This document shows, one piece after another, positions 1 through 12,168 of a DNA stretch of 52,190 nucleotides (position 1 is its first letter; the number at the start of each line of letters is the position of its first letter). A program made the position numbers and the translations under genes. The stretch covers positions 36,890,435-36,942,624 of the forward strand of contig NC_068998.1 in NCBI RefSeq assembly GCF_001194135.2. The letters are read 5' to 3'. This stretch comes from Octopus bimaculoides (taxonomy: Eukaryota). The notes under the pieces were generated by a model, which saw only the letters and a list, made by a program, of their open reading frames with translations, did no database searches and was not told the origin of the DNA.

Positions 1-57
<57 letters not shown>

Positions 58-193
58 ATATATATACAGTCTTATGAAGGGATAAACATTCATATACACA
101 CCCATATATACATATATACGTATACACAAATATACATACATACATACATACATACATACATACATACATACATACATACACACACACACATAT
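1..193. repeat. Compound microsatellite (TA)n/(TACA)n/(CA)n
   Basis: Directly visible repeats; many similar tracts occur throughout the window and are not all listed. Confidence 0.95.
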
Positions 194-214
194 ATATTAT
201 TTCTAGCAATGACT

Positions 215-312
215 GTACTTCGTGTACCCGTTTTCCTATGTGTTCGTTCCGTTGTCTGTAGTTCATTGTTCTAACGTCCTGTACCCTGATATGCATATAT
301 ATACACATGTAG
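215..312 (+). repeat. Dispersed repeat family F, 3' portion
   Basis: taacgtcctgtaccc(t/a)gatatgcat at 272-296 recurs at 50655-50679, followed by similar AT-rich sequence. Confidence 0.6.
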
Positions 313-360
313 ATGTAAGTATGTACATATATGTGTGTATACATGTATATATATTCTTTG

Positions 361-405
<45 letters not shown>

Positions 406-452
406 TATATACATACATATTATATGCATACACACGCACATACGCACATACA

Positions 453-735
453 CGCCTGGCTGAATGGTTCGGGCTCACTATCATGAGATAATGAGTTCGA
501 TTCACTTTATTTCACGTTGCTCTAGTTCAGTCCGTTGTAGAAATGATTTGCGACGTCACTGGTGCCAAGTTCTAACAGCTTTTGCTTTTCTCTTGGACAA
601 CATTGTGGCGTGGTGATGGAAAACTGGTATGCATAGGCGAATGCTGGTCTTCAATAAACAACTTTGCCCAGACTTGTGCCTCGGAGGGTAACTTTTTAGG
701 AGCAATCCCATGGTCATTGATGACCGAAGGGAGTC
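453..735 (+). mobile_element. tRNA-derived SINE (family C, CORE-like body), with a deletion after the B box
   Basis: A-box-like ctggctgaatgg and B box gagttcgattc (493-503), then actttatttcacgttgctctagttcagtcc. Related head and body start at 30690-30852 and 40753-40838. CORE assignment is recalled similarity only. Confidence 0.65.
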
Positions 736-1546
736 ATTATATAAATATATGTATATATGGAGAGGTGCTGAAAAGTTCTTAGCTTTAGATGTGTCACGAA
801 AGGCACGGTTGCATAAAATCATAATGATTTTATACAACTGTATCTTCTACTCAAAGCTAGGATTTTTCAGCAACCCTCATATACATACATACATATGTGT
901 ATATGCATATATATATATATATANNNNNNNNNNNNNNNNNNNNNNNNNNNNNNNNNNNNNNNNNNNNNNNNNNNNNNNNNNNNNNNNNNNNNNNNNNNNN
1001 NNNNNNNNNNNNNNNNNNNNNNNNNNNNNNNNNNNNNNNNNNNNNNNNNNNNNNNNNNNNNNNNNNNNNNNNNNNNNNNNNNNNNNNNNNNNNNNNNNNN
1101 NNNNNNNNNNNNNNNNNNNNNNNNNNNNNNNNNNNNNNNNNNNNNNNNNNNNNNNNNNNNNNNNNNNNNNNNNNNNNNNNNNNNNNNNNNNNNNNNNNNN
1201 NNNNNNNNNNNNNNNNNNNNNNNNNNNNNNNNNNNNNNNNNNNNNNNNNNNNNNNNNNNNNNNNNNNNNNNNNNNNNNNNNNNNNNNNNNNNNNNNNNNN
1301 NNNNNNNNNNNNNNNNNNNNNNNNNNNNNNNNNNNNNNNNNNNNNNNNNNNNNNNNNNNNNNNNNNNNNNNNNNNNNNNNNNNNNNNNNNNNNNNNNNNN
1401 NNNNNNNNNNNNNNNNNNNNNNNNNNNNNNNNNNNNNNNNNNNNNNNNNNNNNNNNNNNNNNNNNNNNNNNNNNNNNNNNNNNNNNNNNNNNNNNNNNNN
1501 NNNNNNNNNNNNNNNNNNNNNNNNNNNNNNNNNNNNNNNNNNNNNN

Positions 1547-1580
<34 letters not shown>

Positions 1581-2568
1581 TATGTATGCATTTGTATGTG
1601 TTCTTCTTCTGAGTTTTTTGTGATCCCAAAGCAATGAAGCACTGAATTTTCAGTCTGCTGCTGTTACTGCCTCAAGTTAGAAGCTACATTGCTACATTGT
1701 ACCATTTTGCAGCAACGTAGAGTGTCCCGTTGAATGTTAAGTGCCTTTGTCATACGCTGACTAATCCTAAACAGCTAGAAAACAATCTATAAACATTCAT
1801 TTCTCCTATTGTTACTTTAATACCATATCAACTATGTCAGGTGATAGCTCTTATTCTATATCAATGCCGAATGTTAACACACCTAATTAGAACGACAGGA
1901 AAGCTAAATTTTACCATTTCTGCAGCTTCTTGCACCTCCTACAAACGATACATTTTTAGAAGAGATCTATAACTCTTATTTCCCGTAGCAGTGTAGTAGT
2001 TACTTGAGGAAATATGCGGCTACTGGTGACCAAAATTAGATATATAATTGATCTTAATACCAGAAAGCTACAACATCGACAAATGAACTGAAATCTTCGA
2101 TAAATAAAATAAATAAAATAAATAAATAAATAAATACATTTTTTTTCCTTTCGTTCCAATGCAAGTGGAATGGAAATAATTCTGAAAGATTCTTTATTGA
2201 ATTGTCTGATAGAATATATTGCATGTAATCAAGTAAACTGGAACTTTTTATTTTTATTTTTGAAGTTAAGTTCTTCAGCTCCATTCAACACATTTGATAC
2301 AATGTTGCAAATTGGAGAAATTCTGATAAACAAAGTCAAAAGCGGTCGGAAATTCTACTGGCGGCACACGATTTCGCTTCTCGCTTGCATTTGCAGCCGT
2401 TTTATTACACTCACGCTTCAAGTGACCTCCGGAAAGGTATGAAGGTTACAGCTTCCGACTTTCTTTTCCTCTGAGCATTTTTAGAAAATCAGATGAAAAA
2501 TTTAATACAGCTGAAATGGAAATAAACACAGAAGAGGAAGATAATTGTATGTTGGCCTGTCTTCTTTG

Positions 2569-2609
<41 letters not shown>

Positions 2610-3225
2610 GTGTGTGTGTGTGTTTGTGTTTGTGTGTTTGTGTGTGTGTGTGTGTGTTCGGGACGGGGGAGAGATAATCGTTTGAAGAACAACTCTTTAT
2701 TGGTGAAGCAATGACAAGTGTTGCAGGAGATTATAAATACATTTCAATAGNNNNNNNNNNNNNNNNNNNNNNNNNNNNNNNNNNNNNNNNNNNNNNNNNN
2801 NNNNNNNNNNNNNNNNNNNNNNNNNNNNNNNNNNNNNNNNNNNNNNNNNNNNNNNNNNNNNNNNNNNNNNNNNNNNNNNNNNNNNNNNNNNNNNNNNNNN
2901 NNNNNNNNNNNNNNNNNNNNNNNNNNNNNNNNNNNNNNNNNNNNNNNNNNNNNNNNNNNNNNNNNNNNNNNNNNNNNNNNNNNNNNNNNNNNNNNNNNNN
3001 NNNNNNNNNNNNNNNNNNNNNNNNNNNNNNNNNNNNNNNNNNNNNNNNNNNNNNNNNNNNNNNNNNNNNNNNNNNNNNNNNNNNNNNNNNNNNNNNNNNN
3101 NNNNNNNNNNNNNNNNNNNNNNNNNNNNNNNNNNNNNNNNNNNNNNNNNNNNNNNNNNNNNNNNNNNNNNNNNNNNNNNNNNNNNNNNNNNNNNNNNNNN
3201 NNNNNNNNNNNNNNNNNNNNNNNNN

Positions 3226-3284
<59 letters not shown>

Positions 3285-3409
3285 ATATGGAATGCTCGTA
3301 GGCGTAACAAGAACGTGAATGCTTCGGCAAGAAATCGAAACTGTCACGAAGCCTGTGAACCGTTTCCCGCTTATTCTACGACTTCTTCCACATGATACGT
3401 GTATAACGA

Positions 3410-3612
3410 TATTGTTGTTTAAAGATAGGTCAACTCTGATCGATCACCCGTGATCGTGCATTTCTCTGACAAAACACATATCATCCTTGACCATCCTGTA
3501 TTCTTCTTAGACGCGGTGCGTGAGAACATTATAAAATGTATCTTATTCAAAGACAATGAAGTTTGATTTGAGGGAGATTCGGCAGCTATTTCTTTCAGGT
3601 TTAGAGACTATA
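3410..3612 (-). mobile_element. SINE-like family D copy with (AAC)n tail
   Basis: Reverse complement of gatttgagggagattcggcagctatttc resembles 35413-35455; starts after a ttgttgttt tail remnant. Confidence 0.55.
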
Positions 3613-4576
3613 CATGATAAAAGCATTGTTAGAAGGAATCTAGAACTATGAGTCAATGTTAATTTCTCGGCGAAATGAATCTGAGAATTGGTTTCGATCC
3701 CGAGTTTATATGGCTTAGCTTAGTTTGATAACATGCCTTAATTACGACACTGGAATTACCTAAGCGCTTTGATAAAATATGTTTAACTTATGATGCTCTG
3801 ATAAAAAGACTTAACCTCCAACTGCTTTGATGAAACTCGTAAGTTATGGCGGTTTGATAAAACACAAAAGCGTTACAGATTCTAGTATATTTACAAACGT
3901 AAATCTCAGCGTTCACATTTATATAAATCTTAATGCTTTAACACAAAAACCTTCCGATGAGAGACACAACGAGATTAGTTTCTAAGAGTAATGACTATAA
4001 AAGTTTTCTGAAATAATACTTTTAAAGATATTTAAATCATTTCATGTTATGTGGTGGTGGCGTAAACGAACTAGCAGAGTTGTTTAATCGACATATGTCT
4101 TGATGCAATAAAAGACTAATATATTCACCTTTAATGACATTAGACTATCGGCAGTGAACTTAATGAGAACTGACTATCAAAGAGAATTTAAGAGAAATTG
4201 CTTCACGACTGAATAGCACTGAAGCAAGTGAAACTATTAATGTGAAATGATGTGTCTTAGTATTGCAATGAGATCATAATGTCATTTATTGATTTCTCGT
4301 GACACAATAGCACAAACGTTATAGTAGTTGGAAATAGAGGAGGCGGGGTGACGTTCGTAGTTTTTTCTATTTTTGAATTTTTTTTTTTTTCAGAATCCTT
4401 CCCTTGTTTATAATGTGAATTAGTTTTAACAGAGAATCGAAACTGTTGTCACCACTCATAACAAGAGAGCTTTATTACCTCTTCTGTGTGTGCGCTTGTA
4501 TTATTGCGGTGTCTCATTTAGTTTTAGTTTTTGTCATTTATCATAATCTCATCCACATCTAGTTAGATCTATATGA

Positions 4577-4660
4577 ATTCTAAATCGACCCAGTACTTGA
4601 CTGTTACTATATTTTATCGATCCTTCAGAAGTTAAACTTAACTAACTTTAATCGAATACT
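4577..4660 (-). mobile_element. SINE family A, degenerate 3' fragment
   Basis: aatcgacccagtacttgactgttactatattttatcgatcc matches the reverse complement of the family A 3' half. Confidence 0.5.
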
Positions 4661-6172
4661 GCAGAAAGTTTGCCCGACTTTCGAATGACTTTACTAGTCC
4701 ATCGATTCTTTACAAGGGCTTTGCAATTTGAAAAGCATTTCAGTGCTTATGCCTATCCTTATTGGCATTAGGGAGTAGGAGAAATGGAAACTGCCTTCAA
4801 CCGAATGCAAAATTTATGTCTGTAGCCCACATATTGAATTGTAAAACTTTCCAATCTACTTAGATCTATAACGTAACAAAAGCAAAGTTTGAAGAAAATA
4901 TTCGTTATATTTCATACTTTCTAGGAGTAAGTTAAAAAGGAATAACAGTTGCTAACCAAGGGCAAAAATCGTGTTACACAGTGATTGTCAACTAGGTCTC
5001 CTGTACAGGAGGTCAATCCACGTGCTGAAAACGTTAACCAAACCTGCTTCGAATCTTACAGAGACAGTGCATAATAAATATGGTCTTAGATATATCATGT
5101 TCAGAAAAAAAAAGATTGTCCTCAACTGAAATATAATTTGATCTCCTGAAATATAATTTGATCTACAAGTCTACTCTGCCAGGATTCTGTTAAGGCTACA
5201 CAACGGCAATATTAAACATGTTTCTAACATTAAATGAATTCCGTCCTCTCAAATGAAAAACAAAAACAAATTTCAGATTGCATGAAACTATATTATTCCA
5301 TCGCTTATCCATCAAATGCCTTGAAGTGGATTTGGGCTAACACATTTTGTGTCGTTCATTCTTATAGTACTTCAGTGTTTTATAGGGATGGGTTGCTAGC
5401 TGAACTCTCACCTTGCTTCACCAATGTACTCGGGACAATCGAACTCTGTCCTCTTATCAAAGCATAAAGATATATCGAATTTACAGTTATAATCTGGCAC
5501 TGCTTAGACTGTTTATAATCACATGAATCCGTCTACCTAGAGCTAAATGTCTTGGCCATAAACGCAGGAGAGTTTAGTTGACAGGATACTGACTACATTT
5601 AAAACTCGGTTATAAAAGCATCAAATGCCACTTATCCAAACCGCAGATTGTCTAAACAAGATCTCAAGACCACGTGAGCATTTCACTAGCCATACTCTAC
5701 GCAACACAAATTCGAGAATAATACTCGTGTTACTATTACGTCTTACGTATACAAAAATTAAAAGCAAATTTAAATTTTCGAAGAACGTAAGAAATCATTA
5801 CATCAAAGAAATGTTACGGTTTCTGGTGCGATGATCTGGTTTCTTGTTCGGAGTGATCAAAAGCACGACGTGGGAAGTACAACCCGGTGGTCAGTTCGCT
5901 AGATTGTTCTTACTTTAAACAGAGTTAAAACAATTTCAGTGTACAAAAATGAGTGATACACGAAAGAATTTAAGAACATGGGTTCTTTATTCATTGTACG
6001 ACTTGGTTTTAAGTACGAGTAATCGATTTTGTTGCTATTACTATATCAGTGAAGAGAAAACGAACACCAATCGTAATCGAAAAGAAAAGTGAAATTTTAC
6101 AGTGTTAAGACTGTGGTGAAAGGCATCGGAAATTACAGAAGACTACAACATATCACCGTCTGGAGAGTATAA

Positions 6173-7324
6173 TCTATATATATAAAATTCTTTGTCTGTC
6201 TGCCTGTTCCCTATGCAAAAGAATAGTATCAGACCCTGTGAGTGTCAACATGTAATTTTGTTTCATTTGGATTAAAACAATATAACATGTCAGATGGCGT
6301 CTCAATACAGAAGGAAGATGAGACTTTCCCAAGATTAGCAAATGCATGCTCCACCACATCAAATGGAGTCTGAAGATCAGCAAAGCATGTTGCAGCACGT
6401 CAGATGGAGTCTCAAGAGAGAAGGGGAGATGAGAGTTTCCCAACATCAGCAAAGTCATGCTGCAGTATTTAATGCTGAATCATTAAACCAACGTTTTAAT
6501 GATTAGACAGAAATCCAATAGAATAGCTCTCAGAAACAGACTTCGTACACATTCGTTCTTCACAACTCCTGGAGCTCCTTTCAGATATGATCCATCCAAT
6601 TCTTATAAAGATGATAATTTTATCCAAATTGGTGTTCTAAACTCAAATTGTCGTTTCTACCAAAGTTTTAAATTTCCCAATGAAACGAATGGCATGTACT
6701 GCTCAGCCAGTAAAGTAACATTGCCAGTATAGCCACCACCTCCTCAACCTATTATGGGTCTTCTCGAAGGCACTTCCAGCCAGTTAAAGGATTTTCTGAA
6801 CAATATCAGACAATAAAATTCTGCATTTGAAATTACATCGTTTGGTGCATCTAAGGAGATAATTGAAAATGGATTTACGCCGATGTTCAAAGTTCAAGGA
6901 CAAGTCTATAACCTAATTGGTTCCGTGTTACCCACAAATGAACAACCACAATTCCTCCAAACTTACTTTGTGAGTGATGTAGGACAACTAACCCGAAGAG
7001 GGTATCAAAACTTCAGACGATGGGTCGTGTTAGACGTAGCGCCGAATGCCGCAAGAGAGAGTATATCCACTGACAGCTTCGGTGCGTTCAAATATCACAT
7101 ACCCCCACCCGCAACTTTCTATGAGAGGTTAGGACCTAGAATATTCCAAACGGACGTATGGTATGTTGCTTAGTCGAATTAGCCCATCATTTACTCCACA
7201 AATATTTAGTCGTCAATGCTGCACTTTCCTGTATCACCTGCCTCAACATAACTGTAATATATATATATATATATATACAAACTATGTCATTTTAATCCCG
7301 AGCACCGCCGGGTATCTCTGCTAG
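6173..7324 (+). mobile_element. Non-autonomous, internally deleted Helitron
   Basis: 5' end TCTATATATATAAAA preceded by A (6172); 3' hairpin cccgagcaccgccggg (7297-7312), 8-nt spacer, CTAG (7321-7324) followed by T; A|T target with no TSD; internal RepHel N-terminal coding relic. Confidence 0.85.
6291..6978 (+). pseudogene. Helitron RepHel N-terminal region, decayed
   Basis: One frame with two stops: MYCSASKVTLPV*PPPPQPIMGLLEG...FLNNIRQ*NSAFEITSFGA...GFTPMFKVQGQVYNLIGSVLP...PQFLQTYF, matching the CCxxGKVxLP / NIRxYNSAF / FKVQGQVYHxIGSLLP / PxFLQxYF pattern of Helitron Rep-helicases. Upstream ~110-bp duplicated module encodes ARQMESQ-type helical repeats. Confidence 0.8.
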
Positions 7325-8225
7325 TGATATATAAATATAATGACATGATAAACACACTTTCTATATAAAGATAAAATTTATGTAAAATATGGCCTCTTTT
7401 GTTTACGGTCTGATCAATAATCAGAACAATCAGTTAGCACGGACAAAAAAATTTCGTTACGCGTCACGTCTTGTCGGGATAATCGAGGTCTAGTTGCATA
7501 GCGATTTTTGTTGGCTGTTCTCTAGATCAATAATAGTTGTTACTATCAAAATAATATCCTTAAAAGATCAAACAACTCCTCACGACTCTTTAGTAGTTTT
7601 AACTTTTTGATATAAAACTGATGAAAGAGGAAACGGCTGCTTACTTGGATAAAACTAAGTGAATACACCAGGACATTTAGTAGCTAGTTCCGAAAACACG
7701 CGGAAAGTGAAACTCAACAGATCACACGATCAAAGGCTAGTTGAGGTATAGGAACTTATAACTCAGTCATTAATACGCCAGCACTATAACGTCCTTGCTT
7801 TGTAGAAATTTAGAATTTTTATAGGAAGAAAAAAAAAATGTTTGATAAATCTCTTTTCAAAGACAACTTCTCCAAGAATATTCTATTACAAAAGTCCTTC
7901 AAATATCTAAATATTAATGTTGCCATTTTCTGTATTAATATCGGTATACTATTACATCGGAAATCAGATAAACTAAATTTAATAAATACCTTAGCATCAT
8001 ATTTCCACACACAAGTGTGTTTTTACTATTCAGAAACAAACACAGTTTATTTTCAATTTACCAAGTTTTTTTTTTCTATAGAAACGTCTCATACAATAAT
8101 ATCTTTACAATTACGATCATATCTTAATTAAAATCTGACAAAATATAATGCTCACAAAGAAATTCGAGTTTTTCAAAGTATAAAATCATAATATTATGCC
8201 GCGAGTTATTTTGTGGAAGATGTTT

Positions 8226-8342
8226 CACACACACACACACACACACACAGGCACACACATACACACAGGCACACACATACACACAGGCACACACATACAC
8301 ACAGGCACACACATACACACAGGCACACACATACACACACAT
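8226..8342. repeat. (CA)n with a higher-order 16-bp unit (acacaggcacacacat) repeated about 5 times
   Basis: Directly visible. Confidence 0.9.
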
Positions 8343-8595
8343 ACGCGTGCACGTGTGTCTTTGTGTCTTTCCGTAATGTTTACAATTATTGATTTTCCTT
8401 CCTTTTAAACTGACAATATTATCATTTTTAATGGGATTTCTCCAGAGTCACACACTTAACAATAGTTAACGTTGTCACAACACCTAAAATCATTTTTCAG
8501 TTTCGCTTGCGTCATTATGTTTCACAGTTTCCTCCATCGACTTTCCAGAAAATCTTTCTCAGATGGGATGTATTTCATTATTTTATGATGTACTT

Positions 8596-8672
8596 GATTT
8601 TGTTTAACCCCACGTCAGACTTGATCCAGTAGAGCTATAATCAAATGGCCTTTTAACCGTGACCATCCTGAT
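8596..8672 (-). mobile_element. SINE-like family D, tail fragment
   Basis: tttaaccccacgtcagacttgatccagtagagctataatcaaatggcc...gtgaccatcc is similar to 32766-32835 and 3410-3500. Confidence 0.45.
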
Positions 8673-8778
8673 TTTCCCACACATGATAATAAATACATTA
8701 TTAATTTCTTCTTTAATTCTTTTTTCTTTCTTTCTTTCTATCTTTCTTTCTTTCTTTCTTTCTGTCAAATGCTAGCTC

Positions 8779-8975
8779 GCAGGAAACATTCTGGAAGCCA
8801 ATCCAACTGGCAGGAGATTGAGGGATAGAGAACAAACGAGATGGTCGGATAATATCCATAGCCTCAGTTTGTCACACTTTGGAATCTAACAGGAAAGTGT
8901 AGTGACAGTTACTTTTGAACGTTGCCCTGTGGGAGAGACGCCTGAGGACTCTACCACCACGACACCCCCTCCCTT
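8779..8975 (+). mobile_element. RTE-clade LINE, 3' fragment (decayed)
   Basis: AGNILEANPTGRRLRDREQTRWSDNIHSLSLSHFGI*..., then after a frameshift a WRD...LPPR-like end; resembles the RxRGRPRTRWxD...WR C-terminus of RTE ORFs. Confidence 0.6.
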
Positions 8976-9049
8976 AGAAATATTGGGCGGAGAAAGATGA
9001 ATGGCTGGATTCCTGCTACGAGTAAATATTACTAAAGGTCATTGTCATT

Positions 9050-9112
9050 ATGTTTTACTCCCGGTCAGAACTGATTAAGTAGATCTATCAAACCTTGACA
9101 GTCCAGCCTGTT
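9050..9112 (-). mobile_element. SINE-like family D, tail fragment
   Basis: cccggtcagaactgattaagtagatctatcaaacc resembles the other D tails. Confidence 0.35.
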
Positions 9113-9669
9113 TGCCGTTTTAGTTTTCAAGCAGAGTGTATCCAGAATTTCTTTAGCGGAATAGTCTCACATTTTATAGAGATGATAAATCGTATCACTG
9201 TGATGACTGTCAACCTAATTGTGTAACACAGTGATTGAAGGGAAATCTTGGCTGAACGTTCGAAGCGACTTAGTGACCACACGGTAGCTTCAGTCGTCGC
9301 TAGTTTGGTTTCAAGTAATTTTATATAGTGTGATGGTTGTTTATGATAAACAGGTATTGCGTTGGCATGGAACTGTGGTTGGCGCTGAAGTTTTTCCGAT
9401 TTCAATTTATCGTTGTTTACCCCCTCACCCATGAGTCGACCCTCTTTAAATAAACAAAAGATTAAATTTATTCCAACCATAAATGAATATATTATAATGT
9501 GTCTTGTACAAAATTAACATAAATAAAAATTTTCCCTTCCTTTTTAAGTGGTTCAGGACATGGAGGAAAATTTGACTACTATTACTTGCTCATCAAACGT
9601 TCAGTTAGGACGCTTCGCTTCTTTTTGTTACTGACTTTTAGATAGTTGTTAATATCTGGTTGGTGAGAA

Positions 9670-9871
9670 GGCGGCGAGCTGGCGGATTCCTTAGCACGCC
9701 GAACAAAGCGTTTAATGGGATTATCTTCCGTCTTTTCGTTCTGAGTTCAAATTTCGCCGAGGTAGACTTTGCCTTTCATCCTTTCGGGTTTGATGAAATA
9801 AGTATCAGTTGAGCATTGGGTCGACTTTCACTCTACCCAAAATTGCTGTCCTTGTGCCAAAATTTGAGACC
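9670..9871 (+). mobile_element. tRNA-derived SINE family A, near full length
   Basis: ggcggcgagctggc head, B box gagttcaaattt, body actttgcctttcatcctttcggg, end ccttgtgccaaaatttgagacc; homologous to 21960, 40175, 45646 and 47447. Confidence 0.85.
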
Positions 9872-10099
9872 AACATTTAGTCTCAAATCGTGCATGATCA
9901 AGTGGAGCTATAACCAAAATTATTCAAGTTATGACTATCTCATACTTTTGTTTTCGAGGAAAAGCTATCCTCGACTACGTTGTATTCTTTTTAAAATGGT
10001 ACGGTGCTAACTTCTGAACATCACAATGAATTATTTCTCAAATACTTCCATTACTTTTCCCGTACTTTTCTTCTCAATATTACCCTTATAATGACTGAC

Positions 10100-10195
10100 C
10101 TTGCTCTGAGTTGAACTTTTCCTATGATTCCTGCGAAGTCGATAAAATAAAGTACCCGTCATGAAAAGGGGTTGATTTGATCGACTACACTACCG
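10100..10195 (+). mobile_element. SINE family A, degenerate fragment
   Basis: ctgagttgaac...gtcgataaaataaagtacc...ggggttgatttgatcgact. Confidence 0.4.
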
Positions 10196-11465
10196 TCACC
10201 AAATATCAATCAGGTTGTGGGCCTCAGTTGATTAACAGAATCGTTAGAGCATGGTACAATATGTCGTGCACAATGGATTCCGGCTCGTTACGTTGTAAAT
10301 TCAAATCATACAGGAGTTAACTTATCTTTCTTTTCTCCGGATGGACAAAATTAAGAGCCAGCCCAGAAGTGGAATCAATTTAAGCGATTAATCTCTATCC
10401 CAACTAAACTGCTGGCTCTCTGAGCAAATCAGAAATGTATTGTTGCTGTTGTTGGTGGTTGTGAGGCAGTGGTGGTAGGAGTGTGTTGATAAAATCGGAG
10501 GCGCGTCGAACTAAGTAGCTCATTAATTCTGGCAATCTATTTTCTGAATTAAAACTCGTCGATATCAACTTCCCATTAATCCTTCTGAGGCTGATAAAAT
10601 ATAGTACCTTTAAAATCAATACAATCCTTACCTTGAGTCTATAACAGAAATGTTTATCACTGTTATTATTAATGTTATTCTATCAACCTTAATCGCGGTA
10701 ATTTTAGAACTATTTGCACTAAATCACATCCACAAAATGCTTTTACTCAATTTGGGCTAATCTCACGGGACGTACTTGAATTCAGACACGCAAATTATAA
10801 AACATCTAAGCTGTAAATCTTGAAAATTTGCAACAATTGTATTGATCCATTTTTCACAGTAAAGTTTGACTACCTAGGCAACAATTAAAAGAACAAGATT
10901 TGTTACTTGGAAAATATGTTGAATGGTTGGAAGAGACATCGCACAAAATTTTTTTCATCTTAAAATACTAACTACTAATTCTTCTGAATTTCTCCAGGGC
11001 AGCATAAATGCCTCGTGTAATTTCAAAGAACGCTAATGAATTTGCTAGGCAACAATGTATGTGGTCTCAATTTCTATTTATTGGTGTGACTCGCGGAACA
11101 AAAATCGATGTGACGTTTTCAAGGAAATATTTTCAATATCATTTAAATAGTGTTGATCTGTTAGAAATTGTCCAAGTATCGATACCTGGTCGAGAAGGAA
11201 CCATTTCAATATACCTTTATAGATACATAGCGATTTTTTCAGAGTATTCCAAAAGTTTTCGGAAATCTATTTTGGTTTAACTTTTATGAAAATATCACAT
11301 TTAAGCATTTACGAAGGAATGGTAGAATATTTTCGGATTATGTAGATCGTACAATTCTACATTACTCTGTTCTGTTCCTCAGCCAACTCGCTGGTGTGAC
11401 ATGAATGAAAATATTTCTATCAATTAAAAATATACGAACTCATCATAACGCTGAGTTATAATGAT

Positions 11466-11509
11466 CTGAATATATAATGAGCTGAATATATAATGAGCTG
11501 AATATATAA
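11466..11509. repeat. 16-bp tandem repeat, about 3 copies (ctgaatatataatgag)
   Basis: Directly visible. Confidence 0.9.
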
Positions 11510-11639
11510 GTGGTCGTGGTAATGGAATTTTTTGGTAAATTTATCTTTATAGCTAAAATAGTTTCATGATGGGCCAACGCCAAATATGTGTATATGTATG
11601 TAGCATAAAGTATGTAGATGTACGTGGCATTGTATGTAT

Positions 11640-11686
<47 letters not shown>

Positions 11687-12126
11687 GGGGTCAGCCACAC
11701 TTAAGTGGCAATATACTACACTTTATATATATATATATATATACACACACGTAGATACGTATTTATAACAATGCTTACACACACACACATATACGTTCAT
11801 GGATACACATATTTATATTCGTAAAAATATGTATACAAATATATTTACGTGGGGAGGCATATTTATGCGTGTGCGGGCGCGCGTAATGGGTAATACAAAA
11901 TATATTATTGTTCTAAGAAAAGATATCAATCGAGATTCGGAAAAACTAGATAAATCAAAATAAGGGGGAAAAGGTAGATAACCGTAAACAAACCGGCATA
12001 TGCACAAACACATACTAGGCACACACACATACACACACAAACTTAAACATACACTCCTCTTTCTTGCCCAAGCAAGAGGAAAACAACCGTGTTTCCATGA
12101 ATGCAGGAAAGTGCGTATCTATATGT

Positions 12127-12168
<42 letters not shown>

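Noticed and set aside
7619-7645. CTGATGA-aagag-GAAAC hammerhead-like core
   Set aside because: No helix II pair, no NUH in register and no helix I.
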